Positions 13,011 to 24,753 of a stretch of DNA of 64,000 nucleotides are shown piece after piece. The notes beneath the pieces were generated by a model. That model saw only the letters and a list, made by a program, of their open reading frames with translations, was not told the DNA's origin and ran no database searches. The translations under genes were made by a program, and so were the position numbers. Where the stretch lies: positions 52,080,001-52,144,000 of the forward strand of contig NC_043004.1 in the NCBI RefSeq assembly GCF_006345805.1, in the 5' to 3' direction. Source of the stretch: Octopus sinensis (lineage: Eukaryota). Each line of letters opens with the position of its first letter. The first letter of the stretch is position 1.

Positions 13011-13274
13011 AAAGATTCTGCCAGCTCGCTGTCCTAATGGTTTGTATATAATGAACGACCGCAATGGCCGTGTTTTAGAGGTGCGATAAATGACTGTCGA
13101 TGTTTCCACTTATTGGTGGAGTTTAGCCCTGGGTAACTATTTTTGAGGATATTTATGATCAATAGTGCTCATCAGTCATGACAATACTGTCATCTGTAAG
13201 ATATAGCGTTGTTATTCCTGGACTACATTTATTTCTGATAACAGGACAAAGAACCTTTCAGAATAACCCAGACC

Positions 13275-13958
13275 CATAAAGCCAATTTCTCAGTTTCCGT
13301 GATGCATGTGTTTTTCTCTGGACAGGACATCGGTCCGTCACAAAATTACTCAATTTTGACGGCTGAGCGAAATGGAGCGACATGAAACGAAGTGTTTTGC
13401 TCAAGAAAACAACATGTCGCCCGGTCCAGGAATCGTAACCACAACCTTACGATTATCAGTCCAGCTTCCTAACCACAAAGCTATGCGCCTCCACAAAAGC
13501 TAAAGTTAACTTCTCGAACCATTCCGACTCAAAAGGGTCGGTTTCCCGGTTTCAATGGCGTATGCCTATTCCACACCTGGACGGGACGCCGGTCATCGCA
13601 GAGTTACTCATTTTTGCTAGCTGAGTGAACTGAAGCCATATGAAATTAAGTGTTTTGCTCAAGAACACAACGCCTCGCCAGCTCCAGGAATCATAACCCC
13701 AATCTTACGGTCACGAGTGCAACACCCTAACCACTGAGCCATGTGCCTGCACTAAAGTTCCTTCCCGAGTATAGACTCATAAGGGTCAGTTTCCCGGTTC
13801 GTCGCAGGATTACTAATTTTTGTAAGCTGAGTGGACTGGAGCAAGGGGAAATGAAGTGATTTGCTCAAGAACACAACACGTCACCCGGTCCAGGAAGCGA
13901 AACCACAGTCTTACAATGATGAGTCTAACACTCTTACCAATTACGTCACGCGCATCTA
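13275..13958 (-). mobile_element. Three head-to-tail type D SINEs
   Basis: Units at about 13275-13494, 13501-13751 and 13752-13958. Each has a tRNA-like head, a GTT(G)TGTTCTTGAGCAAA.CACTT-type core and a GAAAC(C/T)GGGAAA.TG/CGG tail. Confidence 0.8.
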
Positions 13959-14089
13959 AATTCTCTATTGACATGTCTCTTATTTTTTTGATATCAAGAT
14001 ATGATTTGAGGGAGAACAGGCTGCTATTTATTGCATGTTCAACAATCAGATGAATGCTTTCTCATTAGGAAATTCTCTATGGTATTCCT

Positions 14090-15470
14090 ACTATAGTTTT
14101 GGTGGTGGTAGTGGTGTTGGTGGTGGTGGTGGTGTTGTTTGTGGTGTTGGTGGTGTTGGTGTTGTTGTTGTTTTTGTTGTTGTTGGTGGTGATGGTGATG
14201 GTGGTAGTGGTGGTGTTGGTGTTGGTAACGGAGATGGTGGTGCTGGCAATGGCAGCGGTGCTGGCAATGGTAGTGGTGCTGGCAATAGTAGTGGTGCTAC
14301 TGGTGATGGTGGTGCTGGTGGTGGTGCTGGTGATGTTCCTGATGCTGCTGGTGATGGCGGTCGTGACGCTGGTAATCGTGGTGGTTCTACTGGTGATGGT
14401 TGTGGTGGAGCGCAGGTGATGGTTGTGCTGGTGCTGGTGGTTGTGGTAATGATGGTGCTGTTGTCCGTGATGGTAGTATTGTGCGGCGAGCTGGCAGAAA
14501 CGTTAGCACGCCGGGCGAAATGCGTAGCTGTATTTCGTCTGTTGTTACGCTCTGAGTTCAAATTCTGCCGAGGTCGACTTTGCCTTTCATCATTTCGGGG
14601 TCGATAAATTAAGTACCAGTTACGCACTGGGGTCGATATAATCGACTTAATCCGTTTGTCTGTCCTTGTTTGTCCTCTCTGTGTTTAGCCCCGTGTGGGT
14701 AGTAAAGAAATAGGTATTGTGTCGGTGGTGTTGCTGGTGGCAAAGACGGTTGTTGGTGGTGATGAGGATGGTGGTGATATATCGGTGGGCGACAGAGTTA
14801 GTTGTACTATGCTAGTTGTGGCGCTTGTTGTATTTGTGGTTAAGGTGGTAGTTGTGGTCATGATGATGGTTACTTTAGTATTCGTGCTTCTGGCAGTATT
14901 AGGAGTTCTTGCGGTGGTTGTGGTTGCTATGGTACCTGATTGTTGACTTTATGGTAGCAGTGGATGTATTAGTTGTTGCTGGTCGTGAAAGTATTTGTGG
15001 TTGTGTAGTAGTTGTGATTATTGTGGTGGAGATGGTATCTTATTTGACGTTAGTGGTGGTAGTGTTGGCGACAGTTGGGAGGATCGTTGTGGTTGCGGTG
15101 TTGATAGATGTGGTGTTTTTGGTACTGGTGGAAGTAGTAGTACGTGTGGTGGTCGTTTTAGCGATGGCTGCGGTGCTAGTGTTACTGGTGCCAAATTGTA
15201 GGTGTAGATGTAGTGATGGATGTTGTGACACATAGGGATAGTCGTGTGAGAGACGGCAGTGGCGCTGGTAGCAGAGGCAGTAGTGGTCGTTATGGTGATG
15301 TGGTTGTTGATGATAATACTGTTGATGTTGGTGGTGGTGGTCGTAATGATGGCAATGATTTAGGACGATGTTGTTGTTGTGGTGATGGTGGTGGAGGCGG
15401 CGGCGGCGGTGGAATAGGTACCGGTGGGGGTGTTGTTGATGGCGGTAGCAAAGTCGAGTGTTTGTGATCG
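14090..15470 (+). repeat. Degenerate (GGT)n-rich tract interrupted by a SINE
   Basis: GGT/GCT/GAT mosaic. The Gly-rich and Pro-rich ORFs are translations of this repeat. Confidence 0.85.
14484..14713 (+). mobile_element. Full-length SINE type C with probable 8-bp TSD
   Basis: GGCGAGCTGGCAGAAACGTTAGCACGCCGGGCG...GAGTTCAAATTC...AGTAAAGAAATA. GTATTGTG occurs at 14476-14483 and 14714-14721. Confidence 0.9.
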
Positions 15471-15700
15471 GATGAGGAAAGTGAGCGGTAGTAAAATGGC
15501 GGCTGAAACTTCAAAATATATGAGACAAGAGGAAGAGAGAGGAGAGAAGGGAGAGAGAGGAGAGAGCAGAGTGGGTGAAAGAAAAGGGGAAGGAGTGAGT
15601 GAGAGAGAAAGACATATGCAGACAGAAATTATGAATGAAATAGAAAGTGGAGTGAATACACACACACACACACACATATACACATACACACAGACACACA

Positions 15701-15755
<55 letters not shown>

Positions 15756-15885
15756 GTTTATATATATATGTATACATACTTATGAGTTATGGAATCAACA
15801 CAGTTTAATGAAAGATGATGGTAGAGCCGATGGTGGTGGTGGTAAAGATTGAGGTGTGCGAAGGAGAAGCAAAAAGCTACATATG

Positions 15886-15924
<39 letters not shown>

Positions 15925-16068
15925 GAGGTGTGCATATGCGTCCATATGCACGCGTATCAGTGAATATAAATTTCAATAATAAACGAAAAAGTAAAAGGAC
16001 GCAAAACATAATACAAATCAAAAATTACAATGCGAAGAACAAAACGGAGACATAAACATATATATGTA

Positions 16069-16104
<36 letters not shown>

Positions 16105-16286
16105 TGTATGTATGTATGTATGTATGTATGTATGTATGTATGCATGTATGCATGTATGTATGTATGTATGCATGCATGCATGTATGTATGTATGTATGTA
16201 TGTATGTATGTATGTATGTATGTATGTATGTATGTATGTATGTATCCATGAATGCCTATGTATGTGTGTGTATATATATGTAGGTG

Positions 16287-16348
<62 letters not shown>

Positions 16349-17272
16349 GATAGATAGATAGATGGAGAGAGGGAGCGAGAGAAAGAGAGAGAGAGATAAA
16401 GTGAGAGAGAGAGAGACAAGAGAGAGGGGAGAGAGAGACAGACAGAAGGATTGGTGAGAGATACATATTGCAACGGAAATGGTGGCTGCTAAATAAAACG
16501 TATGGCAGATGAAGTGAGTTGGTGAGGAATATTGTTGCATGGAGAATTATGGTGTGGCGGCGTTGTTAGTCTGTGGTGGTGGTGTTGATGGTGGTGGTGG
16601 TGGTGTGGTGGTGGTGGAGGAGGAGGAGATGAAGCATGGTGCTTGTTATGAAAGGAATTGTCATAGAATTCTGTACGAAGACTATAAACGGAATCGCCAA
16701 GTAATTGAGAAATCAAAAGGAAAACAAGTATCATTAATGAAAGATATTGGAAGGGAAGAAAAATCTATTTATGTAATATGTATACATGAGTCTGTGCGCA
16801 TGCCCATGTACAAGTACAGATATGTATATAATTGTATACATGAATGTATAATTCTATCTTACTATATATATATATAGCTCTGGATGCATCCGTCTCTCTC
16901 TCTCTCTCTTTCTATCTATCTGTCTATCCATATATATATATATATATATACCTCTTTTTATGTATATATATACACACACATTATGCACGCGCTGCAGTAA
17001 CCCTTTGTAGATCGAGTATTTATTTATACGCTTTATAGAAATGCTTCTAATAACACAATTACATAAATGATTGAGAATTAGTCTTGGGACATCTCTAAGA
17101 AACTAAACCATCCCCGTTCTCCTGCATCTATGTGATGCCAATAAAAATCTCAATCGGTAAGCATAGTGCTGACGTCAGCAAACACATGACTGCAACTGAT
17201 TGCGATTTGGGTGAAGGGATGTCTTGTTTTTTTTTTTATTTTGTCTGTCTATACCTATGTTTAACGGTTTGC

Positions 17273-17312
<40 letters not shown>

Positions 17313-17361
17313 AAATGTGGGTATGCATAAGGAATGGTGATTGGCCCACAGTAATACGAAT

Positions 17362-17754
17362 ACTCTTTTACTCTTTTACTTGTTTCAGTCATTTGACTGC
17401 GACCATGCTGGAGCACCGCCTTTAGTCGAGCAAATCGACCCCGAGACTTATTCTTTGTAAGCCCAGTACTTATTCTATCGGTCTCTTTTGCCGAACCGCT
17501 AAGTGACGGAGACGTAAACACACCAGCATCTGTTGTCAAGCAATGCTAGGGGGACAAACACAGACACACACACACATATATACATATATACGACAGGCTT
17601 CTTTCAGTTTCCGTCTACCAAATCCACTCACAAGGCATTGGTCGGCCCGGAGCTATAGCAGAAGACACTTGCCGAAGATGTCACGCAGTGGGACTGAACC
17701 CGGAACCATGTGGGCTGGTAAACAAGCTACTTACCACACAGCCACTCCTGCGCC
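17362..17754 (-). mobile_element. Full-length SINE type B
   Basis: Minus GGCGCAGGAGTGGCTGTGTGGTAAG head, internal (TA/TG) microsatellite, (GTAAAAGA)n tail. Confidence 0.92.
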
Positions 17755-18392
17755 TTATCTAACCAATTTCTTTTAAGTGTTTGAACATTTTCACATAACG
17801 ACGAATCTGGTGTATGCATGTGTGCATGTCTGTCTGTCTGTATGTGTGGGTGTATTTGGTAAGCGACGGTGCAAGAAAAAGGAAGGGAGAGAGAGAGGGG
17901 GAGGGAGAGACAGAGGGAGCGAGAGAAAGAGGAAAATAGAGAGAATGAGAGATTTTAACAAAGAAGCAACGTCCATTGAGTAATATCCGTTAATAATAAC
18001 GAGGAAATGTTTCATGTTCAACTGGAAAAATGCGTTGGATATTTTTACCGTTTACACATTATATGTATAACGGACACGATTTTGACTGAAAACTCTTCTG
18101 CTTCGAGAATTTCTAACATAACCAATAACTTTTGGTGTATATTTAAACGTGGAACCTGTCTAATGAAGCCTTAATTTTCATATAAGTTTTCTATTTATAC
18201 TCTGGACATCATGCTGGGGGAATATTTCACACATCCAAAGAAGCTAGTGTCTAGCACTGTATTATTTTTCTTTCTGTTTCAAATAGTAGTATTACGTCTT
18301 TTACGATTAGATGTGGCAGAGCTTTTGATAATAATCTTTCACCAATGATTCTTCGCCTTATTTCTTTCTCTTTAACTTACTTTCCTCATTTA

Positions 18393-18525
18393 CTAGCAGC
18401 CATGTTCAGGTAGAAAATTGAAGGGTTTAGTAGATATTATTGACCCCAATACGTAATTAAAGAAATCTGGGAGTTTTGATGCTGCTATCATTTGCTGAAC
18501 TGCTTGGTTACGTAAACGTAGTCCA
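18393..18525 (-). CDS. Candidate exon C of tentative secreted-protein gene (stop-containing)
   Basis: Acceptor CTTTTTCGTTCAG| at 18526. One frame is open for 43 codons (GLRLRNQAVQQMIAASKLPDFFNYVLGSIISTKPFNFLPEHGC*). Donor AAA|GTAAGT at 18380. Confidence 0.3.
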
Positions 18526-18723
18526 CTGAACGAAAAAGCGAACGAACGAACGAACCAACCAACCAACACACACACACGCGCACATACTCACTCATACACA
18601 GACACACACACATAAACTGGCATGCACATACACACATACACACACATACAAACGCACACCCAAACATATGTAGGGAGGGAAAGAGAGTAAGAGAGAAAGA
18701 TATATATATATATATATATATAT

Positions 18724-18772
<49 letters not shown>

Positions 18773-18995
18773 GAGGGGGGAGAGACATACATGTATAGAG
18801 ATATATAGCTAAATAATCGATGACAAATGCTAGAACGTCGGTGAGATGTAATATGGGTGAACATTTGTCAAAGAGAATGTTCGTTGGCCAAAACCGAATG
18901 TCGAAAAATTATCTCCCAAAACATTGTTTCACTTTCTATCTCCGACCTTCCATAAAATAGTATTCATACCTGAATGTAAGCAGGCATGAATAGAC

Positions 18996-19033
<38 letters not shown>

Positions 19034-19145
19034 ATATATACCATATACATATATATATATAATATATATATAGATATAACACACCACACACACACACACA
19101 CACACCACACACACACACACACACATTATATATATATATATAATT

Positions 19146-19178
<33 letters not shown>

Positions 19179-19432
19179 GCTTAAATAGACACATACAAAC
19201 ATACATACCTATATATATATATATATATATATACATAAGTACAAATATGTATGTACTTGTGTGTATCTAAGTATAGCAAAATGCAGAATTAGAGCGTCTG
19301 TATCTCAGTAATTAATTGGTAACCACAGAACCATCCTACATACCCATTCAAAGGATGGTGCGTTCCTAAAGTAATAATTTACAGAAAATCAATAATCGCC
19401 ACACAACAAACATTTTCAAAAGTAATCATTAC

Positions 19433-19526
19433 CGCCATAGAAACTCATTCGTGTCATCACTTGGGAGAAGAACAAAGCCTTCTCTAAATTCATCTTGAAA
19501 CTTTGAAACCGCGAGAAAATGTGTAC
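19433..19526 (-). CDS. Candidate exon B of tentative secreted-protein gene
   Basis: TGCACAG| acceptor and CG|GTAATG donor; 94 nt, phase 1 to phase 2 (THFLAVSKFQDEFREGFVLLPSDDTNEFLW). Chosen post hoc because it links exons A and C in frame. Confidence 0.2.
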
Positions 19527-19594
19527 CTGTGCAATTTAACATCATTGAAAATGCCGCATCATACATTAAGTAGACCTGAAACTACAGACTAATA

Positions 19595-20168
19595 TTGGGT
19601 TGTCCGGAAAGTTCGTGCCGATTTTTAAAGGAAAGAAAAAGGTCAATAAATATTTGCCATTACCCAAGCTATACCAGGTGCTCATGAACGACGGATTCTT
19701 ATAGGCTGAGGCTTTCTACCAATTCTCGAGTTGTACAATGGGGGTTATTCTCAATTAATGACTTGATTTGGTCATCATCTGTAGAGGATGGTCTGCTTGA
19801 TCGTTCTTTATCAATAAGGCTACAATCTCCAGCTCGGAACCTTGCGAACCATTTCCGTACATTTCTTTCTGATAAAGAAACATCACCTTAAACTGCACAT
19901 ACTTCTTTGGTTGATTGGGAGTCACATTTCCCTTTACGGAAAAAGAAAAGCATCAAGTGCCGAAAATGAACTTTCTTATCTTCCATCTTATAGGGTTACA
20001 GAATTAACAAAGGTTATAGGAACATAAACCTTCTAACACGAAAAGATAGCTTAAACTGTGCTCTAAATGGAGGTGTAGTCGAATCCTATTTTATGGACTC
20101 AAACATGTTCTAAAATAAGTCGAAATGTAAGCTACTATAAATCGGCACCAACTTTCCGGATAACCCAA
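19595..20168 (-). mobile_element. Internally deleted mariner element
   Basis: About 30-bp TIRs TTGGGTTGTCCGGAAAGTTCGTGCCGATTT / AAATCGGCACCAACTTTCCGGATAACCCAA, TA at left. Minus-strand HTH remnant EVCAV*GDVSLSERNVRKWFARFRAGD and SRPSSTDDDQIKSLIENNP. Confidence 0.88.
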
Positions 20169-20354
20169 AACTTAGTTGAAAAGTACCATCTAATAAAACA
20201 GACGGTGATAAAACTAGTGATACGATATATTATATTATAGTTGTCGTCATGAGAAGTAACATTTTAGGACATATGTTATACACCCTATAATATAAATACT
20301 GATTCAAATATAAGCGATAATTATTACATCCCCATCGCGTAGGAACTGTCTCAC

Positions 20355-20439
20355 CTTTTCGATCAAATGTTTCATGCAGGTGATTTCCCTTACACAATAG
20401 CAGCTCGGCCAGCAATAACAATATATCAAGTCTTAACAT
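20355..20439 (-). CDS. Candidate first coding exon encoding a signal peptide (exon A)
   Basis: Acceptor TTCTCAATCCTACAG| at 20483, in-frame upstream TAG, ATG at 20439, MLRLDILLLLAELLLCKGNHLHETFDRK, then phase-1 donor AAAAG|GTGAGA. Confidence 0.45.
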
Positions 20440-20700
20440 TTTTCGGAAACGTGTCCTGCTCTACCAGTGTAAATCAGCCTCGCTGTAGGATTGAGAACAA
20501 GGCCTTATTCAATTATTCAAATAGGTAAATAAAAAAAGGAGATAAATAAGTAATGTTTCATCGATCTAACATTTAGTGCACGGACGAAACTGTGTGTAGC
20601 GCTAGAATGAATCATCGTCTGATTCCTGTATGTATGTATGTATGTATGTATGTATATGTATGTATGCATAACCATACATATATATACATATAAAACTATT

Positions 20701-20856
20701 ATACTCTTTTACTTGTTTCAGTAATTTGAATGCTGCCATGCTGGAGCACCGCCTTTAGTCGAAGAAATCGCCCCCAGAATTTTTGGTTACGGGGACATAA
20801 ACACACCAATATAGGTTAAACACACCGATATAGGATAAACACACCGATATAGGTTA
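20701..20856 (-). mobile_element. Type B SINE 3' fragment with internal 19-bp triplication
   Basis: ACTCTTTTACTTGTTTCAG..GCTGGAGCACCGCCTTTAGTCG, then TAAACACACC(G/A)ATATAGG(T/A) three times at 20798-20854. Confidence 0.75.
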
Positions 20857-21098
20857 AGCTATAGTGAAGGGAGTATCAGAGACACACAAAGAAACACACG
20901 TATATATATAAATGTACGTGTATTTTATCAATGTTTACAAATAACACGGAAAAAATAAACAGTTATCAAGATATCAAAGACTCACGTAAGTAACAAGGAT
21001 GCAACAGCCTACTTATAAGGTAGAAATTCCAGGTCTTGGTGACATGTTTTTGTATGACATGATAGATAGATAGACAGACAGATAGATAAATAGATTGA

Positions 21099-21395
21099 GT
21101 TAAACGCAGGTCTTATTCAAATCTTTATACTTCCGACATATGTTTCGAAGAAAACATTGGTATTATTCCAGTCGGAATAAAATGATGTAAAACAACGCAG
21201 CAGTAAGACATTTTAACAGAGCAGGATTACTGCAGTAATCACATTCGGTCAAAATATCTTACTGATGAATTTTGCTTCTCATATTTTTCCCTGATGAGAA
21301 GATTGCATTGTTTTATATGCTTTTATTTCTCCTGGAATGTTTTCTTCGAAACATACGTTGAAAGTATAAGGATTTGGATAACACGGGCATTTAAC
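21099..21395. repeat. About 297-bp head-to-head inverted duplication of a hammerhead-bearing unit
   Basis: Arms match over more than 100 bp (GTTAAA.GC..GT.TTAT.CAAATC.TTATACTT.C.AC.TATGTTTCGAAGAAAACATT). Inner pair CAGTAAGACATTTT/AAAATATCTTACTG. Perfect 16-bp central palindrome GATTACTGCAGTAATC at 21225-21240. Confidence 0.9.
21286..21364 (+). ncRNA. Type I hammerhead-ribozyme-like motif
   Basis: TTTCC-CTGATGA(21291-21297)-GAAGA...TCTTC-GAAAC(21348-21352)-ATAC-GTT-GAAAG. Complete core, 5-bp stem II, 2-bp stem III, stem I with one mismatch. Confidence 0.65.
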
Positions 21396-21416
21396 TGCAT
21401 TTACTTATTTATTTAT

Positions 21417-21486
<70 letters not shown>

Positions 21487-21619
21487 GTCTATCTATCTAT
21501 ATATCTACCTATCTATCTACAGAGACACGCACATATACATATATATATATGTATATACACGTATATATATGTATATATCGTGTAGAAAATTACATACACA
21601 CATATATACATACATATCT

Positions 21620-21737
<118 letters not shown>

Positions 21738-21880
21738 ATACATACGAAGGTGCATATAACTGTGTGTATATATAATCAGGCACCAGACACCTAAGTACAT
21801 TCCCCGTTGGAAACCTAAATTTCAAAATAAAATATGTAGCGAACACGACTGAATGTGTTGCATCATATATATGTATACAG

Positions 21881-21925
<45 letters not shown>

Positions 21926-23204
21926 CGTCTCTCTTTCTCTTTCGTTCACTTGTACGTGTAACTTTTCCATGTATTTACACGAGTTAAACAATACAATTCA
22001 ATATAAATGGCACATAAAATAAAATTACATAGAAAAATATTAGCTGACTGCGCAAACAAAATGTGTGTATATATATACACACACACATTATATTAATATA
22101 TATTTATATTTATGTATATCCAGAGAAATGAAAGAATAAATGTAGATGTTTTAATAATAGCACTATAGGCGATGATGATTTTATCAGATATAGGAATATT
22201 CTCATGATCGTTTGCGACCTACTGCGAAGCGCATAGACAGCACTATATTTTTACTATTATTTGAATATGAGAAAAACAATTGAATTTTGTAACATTAATG
22301 GACTAAGGGACTTGGAAACGTCGATCTTCAGTTTGATACGAAGGGTTGAAAATATGAAAAATCTTTAAAGAAATGTTAAAAGTATTTGTAAGACAAGCTG
22401 AACTCTACTTACATGCACAGACACACAAACACACACCACAGAAGCACACACAAGTATATACGCACAAAACACAAACTCAAATATATACATATATACATAC
22501 ATGTCTATATGTCTTAGCTGGTGTGTGTGTTTGTGTGTGTGTTTATGTATGAGTGTATATAGACGTCAAGGTGTATATATGTGCGCATATGTACTTGTTT
22601 GACTGTGAGTGTGTTTATATGCCTGAGTTCATGAATGTGTATAGCAACCACAACATGTGAAAGAAAACATAAAACAGAATAATATATATGAAACTTTATG
22701 AATCATCTTATAAAAAAAAGAATATAGAATTATGGAAAAAAGGAAAATGATTCTTAAAAAAAGGCTTAAAAACTAGCAGCAAATAGAGCTAAGGAATGAA
22801 TGTTGAATAAGTGGAACATGCAGTAATAGGAAGACAGTGCACACACATATACATGCATTGCATGGATGCATACATATATGAACACACGCAGTAAGGAGCT
22901 ACGCGAAGTTACACACACACTCACACACACATCTACAAAACCCAGAAAGATATACTGAGAGACATTCACACGAAGCGAAGAAAATAGGTTACAAAAGCTT
23001 TCACGTCTATATATGTATATATATATATATATATACATACAGACATATATATATATACATATATATGAACATACATATATATACACACATATATATACAT
23101 ATATATATATACATACACATATATATATACATATATATACATAAATATATACATATGTGTGTGTATACATATATAATACATATATACATACTTATATATA
23201 TGTG

Positions 23205-23239
<35 letters not shown>

Positions 23240-24086
23240 TGTATGTGTGAGTGTGTGAGTGTGTGTATATATGTATATGCTGTGCTTTCCCTCTCACCGT
23301 ATCACAAATTACATACTCTACGAAATAGCAGAATAAAACAGACGAAAACGAAGACGAATAAATAAATAAATAAATAGATGACTAAATAAAAAAGAATGAA
23401 AGAAAGCGAATGCCAGAAAAAAGCCCATAAAAAAAAACACTATGATAAACATCAGACCAGAAACAAACGAACTGAGAACTTTCAATTGACGAATCCCCAA
23501 CAATGAGGCACTGTTCGATTGAGTTTCGCTTATTTCCGTTGCATTCATGCAACCAAGGGGCTTCTTTCCGACATTCAATATTCGATTTATCTAACTCACA
23601 ATCGAAATAATAGCCGTTTATTGTATAGAATCTATTAACAGACAAGTTGTTAGTCTTTAATATCAAACGGCGGTACTATCTTGCCTTATGCTTTACAATG
23701 AATTGCTATCTCTCTCTCTCTCCCTGTCTCTGTCTCTATCTTACTCTCTCTCTCTCTCGCCATTGCTCTCTGACATTTTGTCTGTTTCTTTGCCTTACTG
23801 TCATTCTTCCTCTGTCTGCCTATCTCTGTCTCTCATTTCCATCCAGTATATATGTCTGTGTGTATGTGCGCGCGCGCGCCTAAGTGATTGTATGTATGTG
23901 TATGTATGAGTGTGTACGTGTGCAAATACATATATATGTATATTTATGATATATTCATACACATGCACACCTACACGCATATATATATACAGGCATACAT
24001 ACATGCATACATACATACATACATACATACTACATACATACATACATACATACATACATACATGCACACATATATACATACACACA

Positions 24087-24240
24087 CTGCTTGACCACCA
24101 GCTGGGGTTAACTTTTCTTCGTCCCTGTAAAAGCAGCGAATCGGTTCAGCAAAGAAAATCAATTAGATAAGTAACCAGACTCCAAGCAAAATAGGTTCTG
24201 GGGACGATTCGTTCGTGTAAAACCCTTCGAGTTGCATGCT
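24087..24240 (+). mobile_element. Old type B SINE 3' half
   Basis: Diverged CTTGACCACC..GCTGG..CGTCCCTGTAA..GCGAATCGGTTCAGCAAAG..GATAAGTA..CTGGGGACGATTCGTTCG. Confidence 0.55.
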
Positions 24241-24612
24241 TTTAGTCCGATTACAAAAGAAGTGTAAGGCACCAAGCCTAGAATCTACGTAAGGGCTAAA
24301 TTCGTAAGAGGTAGCGATCATGATATTTAGAGGCCTACGTGCAAAAGATTCTACATCGAATAAGAAAAAGTATTAAGAGCGTATAAGTTCGCTTGAGTTT
24401 AAGTTCGCTTGAGTTTAAGTTCGCTTGAGCGTTGAAGTTCTGAAGTCAGAAGAAGAAAAGAGAAAGCATGTAGAAAATTTCTAACAATGCAGAAAGTTTT
24501 ACAAAAAACCTTTATATTTCAGGCGCCTACATAGTTAAATGGTTTCTATATCCTCCTATCTTTTTATATATACAAGGTGTTAGTTTTTATTTATTTCATG
24601 TATAAATTATTA

Positions 24613-24753
24613 TTACGTTGTCCCAAAAGTTCGTAAACACTTGCGAAAATTGAATTTTTACTCACCAAGTACTAACAAAAACAACAAAAATTATTCCTCA
24701 AAATAAAGATCATTATTTTCCAAGACTTTCTACGAACTTTTGGGACAACCTTA
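24613..24753. mobile_element. Tc1/mariner-type MITE, 141 bp
   Basis: TIRs T(T/A)A(C/G)GTTGTCCCAAAAGTTCGTA. TA at 24611-24612 and 24754-24755. Confidence 0.85.

Noticed and set aside
14035-14607. 190-aa Gly-rich ORF with GAGNGS repeats
   Set aside because: It is the GGT tract read through into a SINE; all frames give low-complexity products.
15493-15503. AAAATGGCGGC (YY1-like or start-codon context)
   Set aside because: A single short motif at the edge of low-complexity DNA; the frame runs into (GA)n/(CA)n repeats.
20375-20460. GAAACGTGTC-CTGC with upstream GCAG as a hammerhead
   Set aside because: The required core reads GTGATTT (4/7 match) and no stem II forms.
20798-20854. Short direct repeats (19-bp x3 here, 16-bp x3 at 24385-24429, ~34-bp pair at 37618-37697) as a CRISPR-like array
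   Set aside because: Contiguous tandem duplications without unique spacers, in a eukaryotic context with no cas genes.
22295-22330. GGACTAAGGGACTTGGAAACGTCGATC as a hammerhead
   Set aside because: It has GAAACGTC but no CUGANGA core or stem II; at best a heavily decayed remnant.
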